Part shown: in pieces, positions 17,822 to 22,560 of the stretch
How positions within the stretch are numbered: position 1 is the stretch's first letter
Layout of the letters: every line of letters starts with the position of its first letter
Assembly: GCA_034440375.1 (NCBI GenBank)
Contig: JAWXBZ010000007.1
Location: 1 to 22,560 of the forward strand
From: Candidatus Eiseniibacteriota bacterium
Lineage (GTDB): Bacteria > Eisenbacteria > RBG-16-71-46 > JABDJR01 > JAWXBZ01
Length of the DNA stretch: 22,560 nt
Direction: 5' to 3'
Position numbers and translations under genes: made by a program
The notes under the pieces: generated by a model
Seen by the model: the letters and a program-made list of their open reading frames with translations, nothing else
What the model was told of the DNA's origin: nothing
Databases searched by the model: none

Positions 17822-18873
17822 TGCGTCCCCGCGATCGGGAAGTCGATCACCTGTCCGCCCACCGGGCCGTCGGGCGTGTTCACTGCCACTTTTGTACCGG
17901 TGAGCGCCAGGTCATTTCGGAGATATCCCATTGCCAGGGGCGCGGCATGTTGGAACGACCAGGCCGTCGAGGTGATCCGGCCAGCGGCGGTCCCGTCGGC
18001 CAACGGATAGGACGATCCGGTCCGCGGCGCGGTCACTGCCCGCTCGAGTTGGATGAGAGACAGGATCCTCTTCACCGACTTGTAAGTGATCATCCGGGCG
18101 ATGACTTCCTGGCCGGGATAACACCCCTTCCTGAATCCAATCGAGGCGTGCAGCCGGGCCTCGAGCGGGTTGGCCTGGTTCGTCAGCTCACGCCCGACCA
18201 GCGGCTGACCACGTTCGAGTCGCAGCGCCTCGTCCACCACGAGGCCAATGGGCGTGGCGCCGGCTTGTTGCAGGCGCGCCGCGACCGCCGGAGCGGCGGC
18301 GCGCGGCACCACCAGCCAGCACTCGGGGTGTTCGGCGCGGCGGGCGATGGCCACGGTAATCAGCGCACCGTCGACGATCCCATCAACGCATCGGGGTTCA
18401 GCGGCAGCGCCCACCCGACCGGGCAATTTCAGACCGAGCCGGCCAAGGATTGCCGCGGCATCCGGACCGGATAGTTCGAAAAGGGCGCTCTCGTCATCAA
18501 GGGAACGGACGGTTACATCGTCCATGATCACCATCCGGTCCAGCCACTCGAGGTCGGCGGCGCCGCGGCCAGGCCCGGTCACGATCAACAGGTCGTCCGT
18601 CCGACGCCACAGGAGGAGCCAATCGAGAATCCGTCCCGTCTCTATCTGGATGACAGTGGTGGCAAACTGGCCGGCAGCCAGTTCCGACAAGTCGGCGGTG
18701 GTGGTGCGATGAAGCAGGTCGAGTGCGTCCGGGCCAGACAGGACGAGGCGTGCGCGATCGGATCGGTCGATCAGCGCCGCGCCATCCCGTGCGGCACGGT
18801 GAGATGCGATCAGTTGAGATGCGTCACCGGCGGGGGGACCGAAGGCTGCTGATTCGTTCAGGGGCGTCGACAT
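17812..18873 (-). CDS. ygfZ: YgfZ/CAF17 (GcvT-fold) folate-binding protein
   Basis: Signature KGCYPGQE and GcvT-like LSGPDA repeats. Start taken at ATG 18873 (MSTPLNE). Confidence 0.85.
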   Translation of the reverse strand: MSTPLNESAAFGPPAGDASQLIASHRAARDGAALIDRSDRARLVLSGPDALDLLHRTTTADLSELAAGQFATTVIQIETGRILDWLLLWRRTDDLLIVTGPGRGAADLEWLDRMVIMDDVTVRSLDDESALFELSGPDAAAILGRLGLKLPGRVGAAAEPRCVDGIVDGALITVAIARRAEHPECWLVVPRAAAPAVAARLQQAGATPIGLVVDEALRLERGQPLVGRELTNQANPLEARLHASIGFRKGCYPGQEVIARMITYKSVKRILSLIQLERAVTAPRTGSSYPLADGTAAGRITSTAWSFQHAAPLAMGYLRNDLALTGTKVAVNTPDGPVGGQVIDFPIAGTQWN

Positions 18874-18933
18874 GGCGCAGGATTGTGGGGATGGCTGGAA
18901 AGGCGGGTCAAGGGGGCGTCCCCCCGGCGGAGG

Positions 18934-19065
18934 CAAATAAACGAGCCGCCGACGTTTTGCCTCGTCCCGTGGCCGCTCGGGTTCGAAGTGCGTCGACGGC
19001 TCCTACTCAGGGGGTGAGGGCTTTCGCCCTCGGTGTCACATGCACCAAGACATACACGTCCCCCG
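18934..19065 (-). other. Unassigned structured RNA element ending in a terminator-like stem
   Basis: On the minus strand: GAGGGC-GAAA-GCCCUC hairpin, then a 12-bp stem GAGCCGUCGACG/CGUCGGCGGCUC followed by GUUUAUUUG. Confidence 0.45.
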
Positions 19066-19075
19066 GGTGTCGGTT

Positions 19076-19678
19076 TCATGATTGTTCGCCGAAACGGGTT
19101 GAATTTCGCACCAGGTCTTCGGGCGTATCGAAATCAATCAGAATTGAATCGTCTTCAACTGGAACATCAACGCGGTCACTGCGGAACGCCTGCAGAATCT
19201 CAAACAGCGTTTCAGTGGGCTCTGCCGCTTTGATGCGCGAAAATATTTCCGATCCGAGCAGAAGGGGGTGCCCGCCCCGACCGTTCCAAACGGGCCGGAC
19301 GACTGGAGCACCGCTCTGAGCTCGTATCGAGACGAGTCGCCGAACCAGCGTGCCGTCGGTCTGGGGCTGGTCGACGAGCGCCACGACGGCGGCCGTCACA
19401 TCGGCCGGAAGATGCGACACCGCAAGGCGAAGCGAACCCGCCTGGCCGGTGGGCCAATCGGGGTTATCGATCCATTGCGCCCGGGTGAGCGAAACCGAGG
19501 ATCGCGTCAGCGCGGCGTGAGCGCCGATCACGACCAGGATCGGGTCGAGGTCCGCTTCCGCAAGGCGTGTGACGACCATCTCGATGAAAGTCGAACCGTG
19601 CCACGGCAGGAGCGCCTTGGGACGACCCATCCGCCGGGACTCGCCGGCGGCGAGCACGATCCCGGCAGTCCGGCTCAC
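19076..19678 (-). CDS. Nucleotidyltransferase, MocA-like (molybdenum cofactor cytidylyltransferase family)
   Basis: Motifs LAAGESRRMGRPKALL, NPDWPTGQAGSL, LVDQP, GHP and DFDTPED. GTGA overlap with the upstream gene. Confidence 0.85.
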   Translation of the reverse strand: MSRTAGIVLAAGESRRMGRPKALLPWHGSTFIEMVVTRLAEADLDPILVVIGAHAALTRSSVSLTRAQWIDNPDWPTGQAGSLRLAVSHLPADVTAAVVALVDQPQTDGTLVRRLVSIRAQSGAPVVRPVWNGRGGHPLLLGSEIFSRIKAAEPTETLFEILQAFRSDRVDVPVEDDSILIDFDTPEDLVRNSTRFGEQS

Positions 19679-20202
19679 GACGAGGCGGCGGTCGGGGGGG
19701 TCGAGGAGGTTGGCGAGAGGACCGGCGTCGCGGCCGGCGGGGGGGCGGCCGCGACAGCGACGGGGGAGGCCGAAGCCGCTGGAGCGCTCTTCGGCTTCTC
19801 CATCTGGGTTTGGATGTTTTTCAGGATCCCCTCGAGCTGCGCCTTCATCGCCAGGTGGTACAGCGCCATCTGGAGGCGGCTCATCTGTGCCTCGACCGCG
19901 ATGTTCAGAATTGCGGTCTGGTCGTCGGCCTGGATCTTGAAGTAGCGGCGGTACGAAAACGGTGACCCGCTGACCGGTTCTTCGCAGATTCGCAGGCCCG
20001 GGAAGCGCTCAACGATTCGAGTTTCCACATTGAAGCGCCCAAGACCAAGCTGCCACTGGTAGCGGGCCTGATCCTTGTCGCCTTCCCACCCCGAGGTGGC
20101 GGGCCACAGGGTCTTGTGATTGTCCAGGTTTTCGAGAAATTTGTAGATATGAACCGGATGAGCCTTCACGAGAAGTCGGGAGGAGACGATACGATGGATC
20201 AT
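19675..20202 (-). CDS. SRPBCC/START-fold (CoxG-like) protein with a Pro/Ala-rich tail
   Basis: Pattern VKAHPVHIYKFLENLDNHKTLWP...LEGILKNIQTQME. Start uncertain (ATG 20202 or GTG 20259). Confidence 0.55.
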   Translation of the reverse strand: MIHRIVSSRLLVKAHPVHIYKFLENLDNHKTLWPATSGWEGDKDQARYQWQLGLGRFNVETRIVERFPGLRICEEPVSGSPFSYRRYFKIQADDQTAILNIAVEAQMSRLQMALYHLAMKAQLEGILKNIQTQMEKPKSAPAASASPVAVAAAPPPAATPVLSPTSSTPPTAASS

Positions 20203-20288
20203 TGTTTGATGGCTCTCAGTCAGCAATCTCGACGGATCGAGGTGAATCCAGCCCGTCACGGACCGGAGCGGCCACCCGGAAGCCCGTG

Positions 20289-20294
20289 ATTATA
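20289..20294 (-). promoter_or_regulatory. -10 element for the leftward SRPBCC-mocA operon
   Basis: Perfect TATAAT on the minus strand within a GC-rich divergent intergenic region. Confidence 0.45.
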
Positions 20295-20476
20295 GGGCAT
20301 CCGGGGCAGCTCTCCGCCTTAGAAAATCGGCGGGTTTCGACCCGCCTTGAGTAAACTTTGGTCTCGGCGCCCTTTTCCCGGCCTCCCAAAGGCCTTAGAA
20401 TCGACCATTCCATGAAAATGACGCTGAGTTGGGCCACCGGGCAAGAGGACAGTCAGGGTGACCGTCGGGGGGGTCG

Positions 20477-21418
20477 GTGCTGAGTTGGGCCGAGGCCTGG
20501 CCCTGGGTGGCATTTCTGGCCCTTGTCATCGGCCTTCTGGTGCTCGACCTCGGGGTGCTCCACCGGCGGGAACATGTCATCCGGCCGAAGGAGGCGCTGG
20601 GCTGGAGTCTCTTCTGGATCTCGCTGGCCATGGCCTTCTGCGGTGTGATCTATTTCTGGAAGGGTCCGGGCCCCGCCGTTGAGTTCCTCACCGGCTACCT
20701 GATCGAGCAATCGCTCTCCGTCGACAATCTTTTCGTCTTCGTCCTCATCTTCACCTACTTCCGTGTGCCGGCCGAGTACCAGCACCGCGTCCTCTTCTGG
20801 GGGATTCTCGGCGCCATCGTTTTCCGGGCCACGTTCATTCTGGCCGGCGCGTGGCTGCTCAATCGCTTCGCCTGGATCGAGTATGTCTTCGGGGCCTTCC
20901 TGATTCTCACGGCCCTCAAGATGCTCAAGGGCGGGGAGCCCGAAATCCATCCGGAGGGGAATGGGCTGGTCCGCCTCCTTCGCCGCTTCATTCCGGTCAC
21001 TGCCGACTTCGAGGGGACGAAGTTCTTCGTTCGGCGGGGGGGCGTCCTGACCGCCACGCCGCTCGTCATCGTCCTCATCCTGGTGGAGACCACCGATATC
21101 GTCTTTGCACTTGACTCGATCCCGGCCATATTCGGCGTCACCCGCGACCCCTTCATCGTCTTCACCTCGAACATCTTCGCCATCCTCGGCCTGCGCGCCC
21201 TCTACTTTCTGCTGGCCAGCGTGCTCGGCCTCTTTGCCTTCCTGAACATCGGTCTGGCAGCCGTCCTGGCGTTCGTCGGCCTAAAAATGGTCCTGTCTCA
21301 TTGGATTCACATCCCGACCAGCGTTTCCCTGCTGGTAGTATTCGGATTGCTCAGCCTGTCGATCGTGGCCTCCCTGCTTTTCCCGCGGAAGCAAACCGAC
21401 GGCCAATCGAGGCCGTAA
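20477..21418 (+). CDS. TerC/Alx family metal-homeostasis membrane protein
   Basis: Motifs GYLIEQSLSVDNLFVF, QHRVLFWGILGA, ETTDIVFALDSIPA and FTSNIFAILGLRALYF. Confidence 0.93.
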   Translation: MLSWAEAWPWVAFLALVIGLLVLDLGVLHRREHVIRPKEALGWSLFWISLAMAFCGVIYFWKGPGPAVEFLTGYLIEQSLSVDNLFVFVLIFTYFRVPAEYQHRVLFWGILGAIVFRATFILAGAWLLNRFAWIEYVFGAFLILTALKMLKGGEPEIHPEGNGLVRLLRRFIPVTADFEGTKFFVRRGGVLTATPLVIVLILVETTDIVFALDSIPAIFGVTRDPFIVFTSNIFAILGLRALYFLLASVLGLFAFLNIGLAAVLAFVGLKMVLSHWIHIPTSVSLLVVFGLLSLSIVASLLFPRKQTDGQSRP

Positions 21419-21500
21419 CGCCTTTGGCACCCGCTCCTGTAACTCCCGGGCCAGGCCGGCATCTGATTGATGGGCCACAACACTGAGGGGAGAACTGACC

Positions 21501-22379
21501 ATGCGCCATCTGATTGCCAGGGCCGTCCTGTTCGGGGGCCTGCTGGCCCTGCCTCTGTTCGGGGGCACTCTTGTCGTCCCGACGCCCGTCCACGCCAACA
21601 TCAATGTCGGTGACACCGCCCCCGCCTTCACCAAGAACGCCCTCGACGCCCCACCCCCGGCGGCCCGCTCCCTGTCCGACTACCCGGGCAAGGTCATCAT
21701 CCTCTTCCTGCTGGGGTACAACTGACCGTTTTGCCTCGCGGACGGTCCGTCCGTGCAAGCTGACCTGAAGCAGTACTATGACGTCACCTACCCGGGCCGA
21801 GTCCAGGTGCTGGGGGCGGACATGTACAACGGCACGGAGGCGCAGCTCCGCTCCTTCCGGACGCAGACGGGGGCCACCTACCCGCTTCTCCTGCAGGGCG
21901 CTTCGGCGGTCGGGGGCAATCTGAACACGCTGTACGGGCCGTTCGACAACTACCTCGTCATCAATGCCGATGGCATCGTCCGCTACCACTCCGCGAACAT
22001 CCATCCGCATGGCGACCGCTACTACCTGAACGAGATCCGCGCGGTGGTGGATTATGAGATCAACCTGGTCGGTGTTCCCGACGAGGGGGGCGGTCTTCCC
22101 GGCTTCATCCTGTCCGCCGCGCCGAATCCGTTTGCCGGCAGCACCGTCATTGAATTTGTGAATCCCACCACGGAGACCCTCCCGGCCAAGGCCACGGTGC
22201 ATGACCCTCTCGGACGCCTGGTTGCCACCCCTTGGTCCGGTACGGCCGAGCCCGGTCGCCAATCCCTGCGCTGGGACGGCAGGGGAGTCTCGGGCAACCG
22301 TGTTCCGTCCGGCAGCTACTTCGTGCGGGTACAGCTGGGTCGCAACACCGCCGTCCACCGGGTCACCGTCCTGCCATGA
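21501..22379 (+). CDS. Putative exported selenoprotein: AhpC/TSA-redoxin domain (UxxC, Sec at codon 75) + FlgD-Ig/T9SS-like C-terminal domain
   Basis: ORFs 21501-21725 and 21753-22379 are in the same frame and separated by a single TGA (21723-21725), in GKVIILFLLGYN-U-PFC. A hairpin follows. The C-terminus has PNPF...WDGR...VPSGSYFVR. GGAG SD upstream. Confidence 0.85.
21731..21758 (+). promoter_or_regulatory. Candidate bacterial SECIS element
   Basis: Lower stem TTGC/GCAA, CTC bulge, upper stem GCGGACG/CGTCCGT, and a G-initiated loop GTC starting 19 nt after the UGA. Confidence 0.7.
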
Positions 22380-22560
22380 CGATCCGGACGCTTCGAACTT
22401 CGCCGCGCTTCGTGTCGGTTGTGCCCGCCATTTTCGTCCTGACACTATCCCTCTTCCGACCGGCCATGACGGCGGCCGCGGAAAACCGCCCGGCGCCGAG
22501 CGTGTCGTTCCGCCTGTTGGATGGCGCCCGGCTCGATCTGAGGAGCTTGTGCCGGCGCGG
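22376..22560 (+). CDS. 5' part of a probable TlpA-like/redoxin protein (runs off the window)
   Basis: ATGA overlap with the previous stop. MTIRTLRTSPRFVSVVPAIFVLTLSLFRPAMTAAAENRPAPSVSFRLLDGARLDLRSLCRR shows a signal peptide and the APxxxFxxLDGxxxxLxxL redoxin start. The CxxC motif is not visible within the window. Confidence 0.6.
   Translation, partial: MTIRTLRTSPRFVSVVPAIFVLTLSLFRPAMTAAAENRPAPSVSFRLLDGARLDLRSLCRR

Noticed and set aside
20260-20476. yybP-ykoY (Mn) riboswitch expected upstream of terC/alx
   Set aside because: I could not find the GGGGAGUA / CGUC...AC / GAGACC consensus on the plus strand. Only a GGCGGGT-TTCG-ACCCGCC hairpin (20329-20346) is visible.
21501-21725. A separate 74-aa gene, or a nonsense pseudogene, plus a 208-aa gene from 21753
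   Set aside because: The stop falls exactly at the redox Cys position, the frame is otherwise intact, and a SECIS-like hairpin follows. GTG 21753 has no SD sequence.

Overview
GC-rich bacterial chromosomal segment with about 21 protein genes. No rRNA, tRNA, CRISPR array or mobile element was recognised. A FlgD-Ig/T9SS-like C-terminal domain hints at an FCB-related lineage (inference only). Two systems stand out. (1) At 21501-22379, two ORFs in the track are probably one selenoprotein: signal peptide, AhpC/TSA-redoxin fold with an in-frame UGA giving a U-P-F-C motif, a SECIS-like hairpin directly downstream, and a FlgD-Ig/T9SS-like C-terminal domain. It is translationally coupled to a TlpA-like gene. 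(2) At 302-3386, a coupled three-gene operon encodes TPP-dependent E1 alpha, E1 beta and an E2-like protein in which lipoyl and E3-binding domains are fused to a PglD/NeuD-type sugar acyltransferase in place of the normal E2 catalytic domain. Also present: a ygfZ-like gene coupled to a SerK/SbnI-like ParB-fold kinase, two TPR-fused zinc peptidases, rhomboid, SGNH and alkaline-phosphatase-family proteins, TerC, MocA-like and SRPBCC-like genes, two unassigned structured intergenic RNAs, candidate leaderless promoters and a decayed zinc-finger microprotein gene. All family calls come from motif recognition by eye; no database search was run.
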